Assembly (NCBI GenBank): GCA_965204335.1
Contig: OZ241982.1
Coordinates: 2,889,691-2,953,690 of the forward strand
Source of the DNA: Dehalococcoidia bacterium
Lineage (GTDB): Bacteria > Chloroflexota > Dehalococcoidia > Bin125
Direction: 5' to 3'
Length of the DNA: 64,000 nt
The position numbers and the translations under genes are program-made. Under the pieces are notes generated by a model. It saw nothing but the letters and a program-made list of their open reading frames with translations. It made no database searches and was not told where the DNA came from. Position 1 is the stretch's first letter. Each line of letters begins with the position of its first letter. Below, piece by piece: positions 16,746 to 26,585 of the stretch.

Positions 16746-19700
16746 ATGCAGCGCGGCCTCTCACTCCTTTGCCTCGCCGTCCTCGTAGCGGCGGCTGTTT
16801 CGTTGTTTGCCCAGTCGGCGTGGGCGGCCGAGGGACGCGTGCATCTCGATGTGCGAGTTGACCCCGCGGGACCGGAGACCGAGCGGCTCCTGAGCGAAGC
16901 CGGTCTGGAGATCGAATTGGCCGTTCCCGAGCTCGGTCGCTGGCAGGGTTGGATGGCGCCGGATCGCGTCGACGCGTTGTTGGAAGTCAATGGAGTCGTG
17001 TCCGCTCGGCGCCCGCTCTACGCGAGCTTCTCCGCAGGCAGCGCCCTGACGGAGGGCGACGAGGCGCTCAACGCTTCGATTGCGCGTACGCGATTCAACG
17101 TCGACGGGTCCGATATTCGGATCGCCGTGATCTCGGACGGAATCAGGGGTCTCGAGCAGGCGCAGCGGGCCGGTGAGGCACCCACACTGGCGGATGCCTG
17201 GCCAGAGGACGACGAAACGCTCAACCGCGGCCAGGAAGGAACCGCGATGATCGAGATCGTCCACGACATTGCGCCGGGCGCCGAGATCTCATTCGGGTCG
17301 GTCGCGACTGATCTCGAGCACATCGCAGCGGTGAACTACTTCGCGGCGCGCGTCGACATCATCGTCGACGATGTGTCGTTCTTCTATCCGGCCAATCAAC
17401 GCAGCGACGTGTCAACGAACACGTCGAACGCACTGCAACATCCGCACTGGCCGTTGCGCCTCTACGTCACCGCGGCCGGCAACTGGGCCGAATCTCACTG
17501 GGCCGGCGACTGGCGGCCTGGTGTGGAGGGCAGCCGGCTCGGCTTGCCCCACCCGGGTGTGGTCCAGCAGTTCAATGGCGCGACCGGAGCGCGGACGCTC
17601 TATGGCGCAGGCAACGGATTCCAGATTGAGCCCGGAGAGAGCATCCGACTCATCCTGTTCTGGAACGACGAGTGGGGTCGATCGACGAACGACTACGACC
17701 TCTACCTGATGTCCGGCATCGGAACGGTGCTGGCCTCGAGCGAAATCCGGCAAGGCGTCGGCCCGGACAGTCACTACCCGCGAGAGTTCTTCGACTACGA
17801 GCACGAGGGGGAGGCGACAGAAGTCTTCGCGGTCATTCAGAATCACAACGACGACGCCGGGTCCGTCCAATTCGACCTGTTCGCCGTCAACTTTGCCGGA
17901 GACAATCCGCGCTTGCATCACCGGACGGCCGAGGGCAGCATGCTCGCCCAGGCCGACGCCCACGGGGCGCTGACGGTCGGCGCGGTGAACGTCGGTCGCA
18001 GCATGGTCGCTCCGTATTCAAGCCGAGGGCCGACCGCCAACGGAGCCTCCAAGCCTGAAATCGCCGCCGTCGACGGCGTGACGGTCTCCGACACGACCCG
18101 CTTCGCCCCGCGCTTTTCGGGCTCCTCGGCGGCGGCGCCTCACGTGGCCGGCGTGGCGGCGCTGTTGCTGGAGGCTCAGCCGGCATTACTGGCGCGCGAC
18201 GGCGGCAACGCCAACCTTGAGCGCCAACTGATCCGCGACATCTTGATCCGCACGGCCAGCGACATTCCACCCGCCGGACCCGATCCGGCCTCGGGCGCGG
18301 GTCTGATCAACGCGGACGCGGCACTGGACGCCGCGATTGAGAGGGCAACGGTCGTGACATCGGCCGCCGACAGTGGTCCCGGGACGCTCAGAGAAGCCCT
18401 GTCGAGCGGCGCCGAAATCATCCTCTTTCAGGCCGCTCAATCGAACCAAACCATCGTCCTGGAATCTCCACTTCCGGCCGTTCCGCCGGGCACCATCGTG
18501 GACGGCACTGACTGGAGCATCGATGCCTCGGGCGTCGACGTCGGTCTGGACCTCGGCGACGGCGCCGAGCTATGGGGGCTGACGGTCTACGGCGCGAACG
18601 ATGTTGCGATCCTGCTCAGCGGGAAGGACACTCGCGTCTCGAAGGTCGAGGCGCGTTACAACCGCGTCGGCATTCGGGTCGCCGGCCGGAACGCGCAGAT
18701 CGAAGGATCCAGCGTCCTGAACAGCTCCGCGAACGGGATCGAGGTGCGTCCTGCCGCATCGGTTTCGATTTCGGCCAGCACGATCGAACGGAACCGCGGA
18801 CCGGGCGTGAGCATCGATCCGGCTGCGGGCGACGTTCTGATCGGGCCGGGCGCGGAACCACCTGTCCTGACTCACGTCAGCGCGAACTGGCCGCCGATCG
18901 GACCGATCTCGTCCGCAGCGATCGAGCCGCGGTCCGGTCGTTCGCACAACGTGGCGGGAACGGTCAGTATCGGCGGCTTGCCCGCGCCGAGCGGTACCAC
19001 CGTCGACATCTACCTCGACCGACGGCTGGCGGCATCGCTCGGCGTCGACGACCAGTCTCGCTTCAATGCCACGGTGACGGGTCCGGGGACCGAACTGCGG
19101 TTCGCCGTCAACCAGGTGGCGATCGCGCGGCGGCTCAACTTTGAGGCCGGCGCGAACTCAAGCGTGATCCTGCGAGCCGTGACGCCGTCGATGCTCGTCT
19201 CGTCGAACGGGAGCGACGACCACTCAATGGGCGCCAACCTGATCCGCGAAAACCAGGTGGGCATTGAGATCCCCGGGGTGCCGGCAGGACAACTGGGGCG
19301 AAGATTCGTGTGGGGCAACCGCATGCAGGGCAATCGATCCAACATCTCCTCGACGGTCAGCGCACCGCTGATCGAGGCGTACAACTGGAGCGCCGCCGGA
19401 TTCAACGTGTCGGGGATGGCGCCGGGGGCGGCAGTGGTGCACCTGTACGCCGGGCCGCCCGGCGATCGACGGTTTGTGGCCGCGACGAGCGCCGTCGACG
19501 GCCGCTTCCGCTTCGCGGACGTCGGGGTCGACGCACTGGCATCGGAGTTCTCGGTGATTGGACACACCGCGTCGGGGCATGCCAGCGCCGAGAGCGAGAT
19601 TCTTCGAATGTCCCCGATGGGCAAGATCACCAGCATCACCCCGGATCGCGGATACATCGAAGGCGGCGAGTCGGTCATGATCTGCGGCGCCGGTTTGGCG

Positions 19701-20138
19701 ACCGACGCAACGGCGCCCAGGGTCTGGTTCGGCAATCAGCAGGCGCGTGTGGCCTTCTGGTCGGAGCAATGCGTGACCGTCACGACGCCGCCTGCGGCCG
19801 CGGGCCGCACGGACATCGCGTTGCTGCTCGCCGGCGAGCGCCCGATCCTGGCTGAGGATGCCTTCGAGTACCGCGCCGAGCGCATCGTCCGGCTGCGCCA
19901 GGGCTGGAACTTCGTCACCTGGAGCGGGCCGACGACGCGAGTCACCAACGCGCTCGCTCCGCTGGCCGGAGCGACCCTCCGCGTTTACTCGTGGGACTCA
20001 ATCCAGCAGCAGTGGCGACTGTTCTCCACGAGCCTGCCTCCCCGCCTGAACACGCTCCGCACGATCAGCCACGACCAACCGCTGTGGATTCACCTTGACT
20101 CGGCCGATGTCGATTGGCTTCAGCCGTCGCCCGACTAG
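16746..20138 (+). CDS. secreted subtilisin-like (S8) serine protease with parallel beta-helix and IPT/TIG domains
   Basis: Signal peptide present. Catalytic motifs IAVISDGI (Asp), GTAMIEIVHDIAPGA (His) and GSSAAAPHVAGVAALLL (Ser). Mid-section repeats are typical of a right-handed beta-helix (NGIEVRPAASVSISASTIERN...). C-terminal ITSITPDRGYIEGGESVMICGAGL is IPT/TIG-like. Confidence 0.7.
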   Translation: MQRGLSLLCLAVLVAAAVSLFAQSAWAAEGRVHLDVRVDPAGPETERLLSEAGLEIELAVPELGRWQGWMAPDRVDALLEVNGVVSARRPLYASFSAGSALTEGDEALNASIARTRFNVDGSDIRIAVISDGIRGLEQAQRAGEAPTLADAWPEDDETLNRGQEGTAMIEIVHDIAPGAEISFGSVATDLEHIAAVNYFAARVDIIVDDVSFFYPANQRSDVSTNTSNALQHPHWPLRLYVTAAGNWAESHWAGDWRPGVEGSRLGLPHPGVVQQFNGATGARTLYGAGNGFQIEPGESIRLILFWNDEWGRSTNDYDLYLMSGIGTVLASSEIRQGVGPDSHYPREFFDYEHEGEATEVFAVIQNHNDDAGSVQFDLFAVNFAGDNPRLHHRTAEGSMLAQADAHGALTVGAVNVGRSMVAPYSSRGPTANGASKPEIAAVDGVTVSDTTRFAPRFSGSSAAAPHVAGVAALLLEAQPALLARDGGNANLERQLIRDILIRTASDIPPAGPDPASGAGLINADAALDAAIERATVVTSAADSGPGTLREALSSGAEIILFQAAQSNQTIVLESPLPAVPPGTIVDGTDWSIDASGVDVGLDLGDGAELWGLTVYGANDVAILLSGKDTRVSKVEARYNRVGIRVAGRNAQIEGSSVLNSSANGIEVRPAASVSISASTIERNRGPGVSIDPAAGDVLIGPGAEPPVLTHVSANWPPIGPISSAAIEPRSGRSHNVAGTVSIGGLPAPSGTTVDIYLDRRLAASLGVDDQSRFNATVTGPGTELRFAVNQVAIARRLNFEAGANSSVILRAVTPSMLVSSNGSDDHSMGANLIRENQVGIEIPGVPAGQLGRRFVWGNRMQGNRSNISSTVSAPLIEAYNWSAAGFNVSGMAPGAAVVHLYAGPPGDRRFVAATSAVDGRFRFADVGVDALASEFSVIGHTASGHASAESEILRMSPMGKITSITPDRGYIEGGESVMICGAGLATDATAPRVWFGNQQARVAFWSEQCVTVTTPPAAAGRTDIALLLAGERPILAEDAFEYRAERIVRLRQGWNFVTWSGPTTRVTNALAPLAGATLRVYSWDSIQQQWRLFSTSLPPRLNTLRTISHDQPLWIHLDSADVDWLQPSPD

Positions 20139-20209
20139 GGTGGGCCGACCAGTCGCTATCATCGAATCGATTCGCACCACGAATGCTCCGCACTCGAGAG
20201 GACGCCCAG

Positions 20210-21046
20210 ATGGCCATCACCAAGTACGAGGATCCGAAAGCCGGCGTTGACCTGGGTTCGGCGACCGTGATCGTCGACGAGACAGCGCTGAGCGACTACT
20301 TCGAAGGGCTTGAGTTGGAGCGACCCTCGGAACTCACCAGCGCGCCCTCGATGGTCGCCGCCAACGCGGATCTCTCGACGCGCATGCACTACGCCAACGA
20401 CTTCGGCAACCTGTGGCTGCGCCAGGAGTGGGACTTCCGCCGACCGCTGCAGCCGGGCGGAAGCTACGAGGCTTCCTGCAAGTCGATCGACGTCTACGAC
20501 CGCCGCGACCGCAGCGTGATCCTGACGGAAACCGTGGTCAGGGACGAGGCCGGCAACGTCGCGGTGGCGATGCGGCATCACCAGTCGTTCGTGCTCTACC
20601 AGAGTGAGGGGCACGTCACACTGCGCGACCCGTCGAAGAAAGAGGGTGCCAGGACGTATGCGCTGCCTGAGGGCGAGGCGTTCGGTCCGCTGGTCCGGAC
20701 CATTTCCCTGGAGATGTGCGGCTCGTTCTTCCACGGCGACCGCAACTATCACACCGACAAGGAAGCGTCCGAGGAACTCGGCTTCACCGATGTCGTCGTC
20801 GGCGGCAAGATGACGATGTCGCTGATCGGCGAACTGCTCGACCAGAGGTTCGGTGAGGCCTGGAAGTCATCGGGCAAGTTGCTGGTCAAGTTCGCCAACA
20901 TCGTCTGGCCCAACGAAACCGTCTCGGTCAAGGGCGTGCTGCAAGGCGCCAACGAGGACGACCCCGAGCGGCGAAACGTCGCCTGCTGGGTTGAGAAGGA
21001 CAACGGCGTCATCGCCGTGGTCGCCGAGGGCAGCCTGAAGCTCTAA
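20210..21046 (+). CDS. MaoC-like (R)-hydratase, double hot-dog fold
   Basis: Start moved to the ATG at 20210 (MAITKYEDP), which has a GAGAGGA RBS. N-terminal and C-terminal hot-dog halves are present. Confidence 0.65.
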   Translation: MAITKYEDPKAGVDLGSATVIVDETALSDYFEGLELERPSELTSAPSMVAANADLSTRMHYANDFGNLWLRQEWDFRRPLQPGGSYEASCKSIDVYDRRDRSVILTETVVRDEAGNVAVAMRHHQSFVLYQSEGHVTLRDPSKKEGARTYALPEGEAFGPLVRTISLEMCGSFFHGDRNYHTDKEASEELGFTDVVVGGKMTMSLIGELLDQRFGEAWKSSGKLLVKFANIVWPNETVSVKGVLQGANEDDPERRNVACWVEKDNGVIAVVAEGSLKL

Positions 21047-21070
21047 TCCGTTCACGGCAGGGAAGCGGCG

Positions 21071-21343
21071 ATGCCTGCCGATATCACCGTCTTCGTACCG
21101 ATCGGCATGAGGCCGTTGACTGACGGTCGGCGCGTCGTGTCCGCGACGGGCCGCACAATCGCTGAAGTGGTCGACGATCTGGAATCGAACTACCCGGGAT
21201 TTCACGAGTCGCTGGTCGAGGGCAAGCGTCTGAAGCGGGGCTTGACGATCGCGGTCAACAGTGTCGAGCAGCCGCTGGGCTTGTTGGCCAAGGTGCCCGA
21301 GGGAGCCGAGGTCCACATCCTCCCGGCAATGGCGGGCGGCTAA
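21071..21343 (+). CDS. MoaD/ThiS/CysO-like sulfur-carrier protein (C-terminal Gly-Gly)
   Basis: 90 aa beta-grasp-sized protein ending ...ILPAMAGG before the stop. Confidence 0.55.
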   Translation: MPADITVFVPIGMRPLTDGRRVVSATGRTIAEVVDDLESNYPGFHESLVEGKRLKRGLTIAVNSVEQPLGLLAKVPEGAEVHILPAMAGG

Positions 21344-21672
21344 AGGACAACGATCAGAATCCAGATCACGCCGACGGCGACCGCTAACGCCCCAATGAAA
21401 ATGGCCGTTTGGCGGTTGACTCGTCGCTCGGCTGCCGCCTGAGCTTGTGCGAATCTCGCTTCGAACCTGGCGTCCTGTTCTCGGAACCTGGCGTCGATTC
21501 GGTCGAACCGCGCATCGATTCGCTCCTCAAGCGTCTCGAGCCGTTCCGTCGTGACCACATTCTCGCTCAATGCCTCGTCGAGGTCGGTCGCCAACTCGAG
21601 ACCCTTGGCCTCATCGGTCACTTCCGCCTTGACAAGGGCGTCGCGGACACGTCGGACGCTGATGATCGCCAT
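21340..21672 (-). CDS. DUF1640-like coiled-coil protein with C-terminal TM anchor (paralog 1 of 3)
   Basis: MAIISVRRVRDALV... coiled-coil region and a hydrophobic C-terminus AIFIGALAVAVGVIWILIVVL. Homologous by eye to the ORFs at 25123 and 57680. Confidence 0.5.
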   Translation of the reverse strand: MAIISVRRVRDALVKAEVTDEAKGLELATDLDEALSENVVTTERLETLEERIDARFDRIDARFREQDARFEARFAQAQAAAERRVNRQTAIFIGALAVAVGVIWILIVVL

Positions 21673-21792
21673 GGATATCTCCTGCAGTCAGTCTATGGCA
21701 AGGTAGCCAGAGCGTTGACCTGCCCAACACCACCGAGTTTCGAGAGGGAATATCCTGTCTGCGACAGCCATCCGAGCCAGGAGGAGCCATCG

Positions 21793-24081
21793 ATGACTAC
21801 CGAGACCAAGCCTGCTTACAACGTCGTCGGGAGCCGACCGCTGCGCCCGGACGGCGTCGACAAAGTTACCGGACGAGCGCGGTATGGGGCCGACATCAAC
21901 CTGCCGGACATGCTCTACGGCCGCCTCTTGCGCTCGCCCCACGCGCATGCCCGGATCGTCAGCATCGACACGTCGCGGGCCAAGGCGCTGGACGGCGTGA
22001 AGTGCGTGATCACGCACGATGACCTGCCCGGCGCGACCGATGAGATCGTCGACCTGGGCGAGAGCGTATCGCCCTACAAGTGGGTGCTGCAGAACGTGCT
22101 GGCCTCGGACAAGGCGCTCTACCAGGGCCACGCCGTGGCGGCGGTCTGCGCGACCGATCCGCACATCGCCGAGGACGCGCTCGACCTGATCGATGTCGAG
22201 TACGAGGTGCTGCCGCCGGTGCTCACGGTCCACGACGCCATGGCCGAGGGCGCTCCGATCCTGCATGACGGTATGAAGACCGTGGAGATGGTCGCCCGGT
22301 TCGTCGCCGGCGAGGGTCGGGGAGAACGCGAGACGAACATCGCGTCGCAGTTGGAGTTCGAGAAGGGCGACCCGGCGTCGGGCTTCGACGAGGCGGACAT
22401 CATCCTGGAAGGCGAGTTCGAGACGGCCGCCGCGCACCAGGGTTACATCGAGCCGCAGAATGGAACCGCGCACTGGAACTCGGACGGCACCCTGACGGTC
22501 TGGGTCTCGACCCAGGGGCCGTTTGCCGTTCGGGCGACGGTCAGCAAGATGCTCGACATCCCGCTGGCCAACGTCAAGGTGATTCCGATGGAGATCGGCG
22601 GCGGCTTCGGCGGCAAGCTGCCGGCCTACATGGAACCGACCGCCGCGGTGATGTCGAGAATGACCGGTCGCCCGGTCAAGATGTACATGAACCGGGAAGA
22701 GGTACTGATTGGGACGGGGCCGACCTCGGCGACCTACGTGCGATGCAAGATCGGTGCGAAGGATGACGGCACGATCGTCGCGGCGGAGGCCACGCTGGCC
22801 TACGAAGCCGGCGCGTTCCCGGGCTCGCCCGTCGGCGCGGGCGCGACCTGCATGTTCGCCTCCTACGAGATTCCGCACATCTACACGAACGCGCTCGACG
22901 TGGTCACCAACAAGCCGAAGTGTCAGGCATACCGGGCGCCCGGCTCGCCGCAGGGTACGTTCGCGGTTGAGTCGTTGATCGATCAGCTCGCGGAGCGACT
23001 CGAACGCGACCCGATGGAACTGCGGGCGCAGAACTCGGCCCACGAGGGCACCAGACGCGCGGACGGCGTCGTGCTGCCGAAGATCGGCGCCGAGGAGACG
23101 ATGCAGGCCGCGATCGACTCGCCCCACTACCGCTCCGAGATTGGAATCGACGAGGACGGCCGGCTGCTGGGCCGGGGAGTCTCGATGGGCTTCTGGACCA
23201 ACGCCGGCATGGAATCGGCGGCCTATGCATCGGTCAACGAAGACGGCACGGTCAACCTGTCGGTCGGTTCGGTCGACATCGGCGGTCAGCGCGCCGGACT
23301 GGCGATGCAGTTCGCCGAGACCATGGGAATCGCATACGACCTGGTCCGACCCCAGGTCGTCGACACCGACTCGATCGGATTCACCCACGTGACCGGTGGC
23401 TCGCGGGTGGCCTACGCGACCGGCATCGCCGTGCACGAGGCGGCGATGGACGTCCGTGAGCAGATGGAATCAAGGGCCGCGATGATCTGGGACGTCGACG
23501 CAGACTCGGTCTCCTACGAGGACGGCATGATCAGCGGACCCGACGGCCGGCAGTTCACGTTCGAGGAGCTGTGTGGACGAATGCCATCGACCGGCGGTCA
23601 GATCCAGGGCCAGGCGGACGTGCTGCCGACCCAGCCCGGCCCGGCCTACGGTTGCCACATCGTTGACGTCGCGGTTGACCGAGACACGGGGAAGGTCGAC
23701 ATCCTGCGCTACTCGGCCGTACAGGACGTCGGCACGGCGATTCACCCGTCATACGTTGAGGGGCAGGTCCAGGGCGGCGTGGCGCAGGGCGCCGGTATGG
23801 CCCTGACCGAGGAGTACGTTTACTCGCCCGAAGGTCGGATGACGAACGCCAGCCTGCTCGACTACCGCATGCCGACGGCGCTCGACCTGCCGGAGATCGA
23901 AACGATCCTGGTCGAGGTGCCGAACCCGAGTCATCCTTACGGAGTGCGCGGAGTGGGCGAGGTGCCGATCGTCCCGCCACTGGCCGCCATCGCCAACGCG
24001 ATCTACGACGCCACCGGGATTCGAATGAACTCACTCCCGGCGAGCCCGACCAAGCTCCTCGATCGGCTCCTGGACGACTAG
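21793..24081 (+). CDS. xanthine dehydrogenase/CO dehydrogenase large-subunit family (CoxL-like) molybdopterin-binding protein
   Basis: Start at ATG 21793 (MTTETKPAYNVVGSRPLRPDGVDKVTGRARYGADI), preceded by a GGAGGAG RBS. Aldehyde oxidase/xanthine DH a/b hammerhead and MoCo-binding domain pattern. The annotated ORF's 5' extension (21409-21792) is antisense to a real gene. Confidence 0.8.
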   Translation: MTTETKPAYNVVGSRPLRPDGVDKVTGRARYGADINLPDMLYGRLLRSPHAHARIVSIDTSRAKALDGVKCVITHDDLPGATDEIVDLGESVSPYKWVLQNVLASDKALYQGHAVAAVCATDPHIAEDALDLIDVEYEVLPPVLTVHDAMAEGAPILHDGMKTVEMVARFVAGEGRGERETNIASQLEFEKGDPASGFDEADIILEGEFETAAAHQGYIEPQNGTAHWNSDGTLTVWVSTQGPFAVRATVSKMLDIPLANVKVIPMEIGGGFGGKLPAYMEPTAAVMSRMTGRPVKMYMNREEVLIGTGPTSATYVRCKIGAKDDGTIVAAEATLAYEAGAFPGSPVGAGATCMFASYEIPHIYTNALDVVTNKPKCQAYRAPGSPQGTFAVESLIDQLAERLERDPMELRAQNSAHEGTRRADGVVLPKIGAEETMQAAIDSPHYRSEIGIDEDGRLLGRGVSMGFWTNAGMESAAYASVNEDGTVNLSVGSVDIGGQRAGLAMQFAETMGIAYDLVRPQVVDTDSIGFTHVTGGSRVAYATGIAVHEAAMDVREQMESRAAMIWDVDADSVSYEDGMISGPDGRQFTFEELCGRMPSTGGQIQGQADVLPTQPGPAYGCHIVDVAVDRDTGKVDILRYSAVQDVGTAIHPSYVEGQVQGGVAQGAGMALTEEYVYSPEGRMTNASLLDYRMPTALDLPEIETILVEVPNPSHPYGVRGVGEVPIVPPLAAIANAIYDATGIRMNSLPASPTKLLDRLLDD

Positions 24082-24136
24082 GCGCTCGACTGCCGGAGAG
24101 TTCCTCGGGGGCGGCCTGCAGGTCGCCCCCGACTGT

Positions 24137-24868
24137 CTACGCGGCGTACTCGCGGGCGAGGTTGTCGAGCAGGTCGATCATCAGGCCTGGGGCCGAGAAG
24201 AAGGGGGAGTGGTCGGTGGCCCACTCGACGACGCGATCGGCTCGGCGGGCGAGGGTTCGCTGACCCTCGGCGAGCAGGGCCTGATCTTCCGTGCAGACGA
24301 CGTAGGTCGTGGTGATCTGGCTCCACGCCGTGTCGCGCGGCACGTCTCCGAGCGGGATCGCGGCTTCGTCCCGCACCAGCTCGCTCATGGCCCGCTCGTA
24401 GTCTTCATCAGAGCACTGGCCGTAGAAGATCGGTCGAATCAGGTCCTCCTGGACCGTGGTGGAGCCGTCTTCTCCGGGCTGGATGGCGCCGACGAGCACC
24501 GGATTGGCGAAGTTGTCGGGCATTGTTCCATCGGTGTCGGGCATGATCGCGGTCAGGTAGACGAGATGCTTGACGTCGTCGTTGCCCAGCGGCGCGGTGG
24601 TCAGCGAGACGCCGCCGAACGAGTGTCCGAGGACGACAACCGGTCCATCAACCTGGTCGAGCGCGGCGCGAACGATCGCTTCATTCTCGGCCGAGTCGGT
24701 GACGCCGCGAAGCGTTCCACTCGGTTCGTGCATGCGGCGGCGCTCGACGGCGACGACGGGCACGCCGCGGGCTTCAAGACCGGCGACGACCTTGTCGAAG
24801 CACCAGGGTCCATGCCAGGCGCCGTGAATCAGGACAACAGTGGCGGGGGACGTTCCGGAAGTGGTCAT
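24137..24868 (-). CDS. alpha/beta hydrolase
   Basis: VVLIHGAWHGPW near the N-terminus and a GHSFGG nucleophile-elbow motif. Confidence 0.7.
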   Translation of the reverse strand: MTTSGTSPATVVLIHGAWHGPWCFDKVVAGLEARGVPVVAVERRRMHEPSGTLRGVTDSAENEAIVRAALDQVDGPVVVLGHSFGGVSLTTAPLGNDDVKHLVYLTAIMPDTDGTMPDNFANPVLVGAIQPGEDGSTTVQEDLIRPIFYGQCSDEDYERAMSELVRDEAAIPLGDVPRDTAWSQITTTYVVCTEDQALLAEGQRTLARRADRVVEWATDHSPFFSAPGLMIDLLDNLAREYAA

Positions 24869-24926
24869 GTGGTCTGCTCCGATCGGGCATCAGTCGGGAC
24901 GAGCCGTCGGGCAGCAGGCTAGCGGA

Positions 24927-25003
24927 TGGTCGGAGCGGCCGGATTTGAACCGGCGACCTCTTGACCCCCAGTCAAGTGCGCTACCAAACTGCGCCACGCT
25001 CCG
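24927..25003 (-). tRNA. tRNA-Pro (anticodon GGG) with encoded CCA
   Basis: Reverse complement folds as a cloverleaf: acceptor CGGAGCG/CGCTCCG, U8, D stem GCGC/GCGC, anticodon stem CTTGA/TCAAG with loop CTGGGGG (anticodon GGG), T stem GCCGG/CCGGC with TTCAAAT loop, discriminator A, then CCA. Confidence 0.8.
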
Positions 25004-25122
25004 ACGAGGGCCAGCGTATCACTGCCGCCGGGCCCTGCCTGGCCTCCGGCGGTGTTCTCCAAAGGGAACACGCCCGTTCAATATAGAGAACAGCAGTTCG
25101 TCGGTTGCACTAGACTGGGGAC

Positions 25123-25401
25123 ATGGCGCTCGACAGGCTTCGATTCCACAACATCCTCGTCCAGGAGATGGATGCTCCCTCTGACTCGGCGGCGACGCTG
25201 GCGGAGGTTGTTGACGACGGCATCACGGAGGGGGTCTCGAACCTCGCGACCAAGAAGGACCTTGAGGTGTTGCGGCTGACGTTTCTTGCTGAAATGCAGA
25301 GTCGTTTCAACTCTCACCTGCGTTGGGTCATCGCGATGTGGGGTTCTGCAATCGCCGCGATCGTTGCTCTCGCCGTCGCAATCATCTTGCGTGGAAGCTG
25401 A
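25123..25401 (+). CDS. DUF1640-like coiled-coil protein with C-terminal TM anchor (paralog 2 of 3)
   Basis: MALDRLRFHNILV...NLATKKDL... and a hydrophobic C-terminus. Very similar to the 57680 ORF. Confidence 0.5.
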   Translation: MALDRLRFHNILVQEMDAPSDSAATLAEVVDDGITEGVSNLATKKDLEVLRLTFLAEMQSRFNSHLRWVIAMWGSAIAAIVALAVAIILRGS

Positions 25402-25859
25402 TCATTCTTCGCTGGGCCGTTTGAGCATCATCCCCGTCCTTCGACACTTGACGACCAGCTCGCCCCGTTGATTGATTCCTCGATGCTCAAAGATCACGAT
25501 TCCTCGATCGGGACGGCTTCGCGACTCGCGGCGGTCGATCACCTCGGTTTCGCAGGTGATCGTGTCTCCGATGAAGACGGGATTGGGGAACGTCGTCTCG
25601 TCGAATCCCAGGTTCCCCAGTGTCGTGCCGAGCGTGGTGTCGGCGACGCTGAGTCCGACGGCGAGCCCGAGCGTGAAGATGCTGTTCACGATCCGCTGAC
25701 CGAACTGGGTGCCGGCGGCGAACTCGGCGTCGAGATGCAGGGGCTGCGAGTTGTGGGTCAGCGCCGTGAACAGCAGATTGTCCGCTTCGGTCACGGTGCG
25801 CGAGGGCTCGTGCCTAATCACGAGTCCGGGTTCAAGCTCCTCGAACCACAGGCCAGCCA
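25402..25859 (-). CDS. MaoC-family dehydratase (single hot-dog)
   Basis: Start taken at the GTG at 25859 ([19 protein letters not shown]), which has a GGGAG RBS. The upstream part of the annotated ORF overlaps the DUF169 gene and is rejected. Confidence 0.65.
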
Positions 25860-25874
25860 CTAGACAGCTCCCAA

Positions 25875-26585
25875 CTAGGCGAAGCGCGCCATGTCGTCGG
25901 CGGCGTACTGGGCGACGGCGTGGTCGGCGGTTGCGGTTACTTCCAGTCGCTGCAGCAACTCGGGAAGCTGTGCGGCCGGGATGGCGCAGGTCATCTCGGC
26001 GTTGGGCATCTCGGTCCGCACTCTCGAGAGCTGGCAACCGACCGACGCCGCCATCTCGCCGGCCTTGGCGATCGCGATGATGTGACACTGAGGCTTGCCT
26101 TCGATCCGCAGCGAGGGGAAGGCGTCGTGGAGGACCATGAGCTGGCGGCCGGTGATCCGCAGCAGGACCACGTCCGGGTCGGTCGGGGAGTCGCCGAGGG
26201 GTCCGTAGACGACCTCTTCCGGTTTCTCCTCGACGACCGGGATCGCCATTGCGGCTTCGGGGGTCACCCAGCCGGATTCGAGGAGGGCCCCGACGTCGCC
26301 GCTCTCAAGCACATCACCCAGTTCGAGGAATCCGTGTGTGACCGAGCCGACCGAGCAGTTGCGGTGGTCGGCGGCGACGGTCGAGAAGGTCTGATCGGCG
26401 GCGTGGATCCAGAAGACGCACCCGGCGGGAACGCGGCCGGTGCGCCCGTCGTCGGCCGGTTCCGGCATTGGATTGTCGAATCCGGCGACGCCGGAGGCGG
26501 AGTCGTGGAAGGTGATCGCGAGCGGCTTGTTGGCCAGTCCCAGTACGCTCTGGAGTTGAGTTGAGAGGTCGGTCCAGTCCGTCAT
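25875..26585 (-). CDS. DUF169-family protein
   Basis: 236 aa. The N-terminus ...[12 protein letters not shown] and overall composition resemble COG2043/DUF169 proteins. Confidence 0.5.
   Translation of the reverse strand: MTDWTDLSTQLQSVLGLANKPLAITFHDSASGVAGFDNPMPEPADDGRTGRVPAGCVFWIHAADQTFSTVAADHRNCSVGSVTHGFLELGDVLESGDVGALLESGWVTPEAAMAIPVVEEKPEEVVYGPLGDSPTDPDVVLLRITGRQLMVLHDAFPSLRIEGKPQCHIIAIAKAGEMAASVGCQLSRVRTEMPNAEMTCAIPAAQLPELLQRLEVTATADHAVAQYAADDMARFA

Noticed and set aside
21409-21792. 5' extension of the CoxL-like ORF back to 21409.
   Set aside because: The extension is antisense to the DUF1640-like gene. The conserved N-terminus starts at ATG 21793, which has a GGAGGAG RBS.
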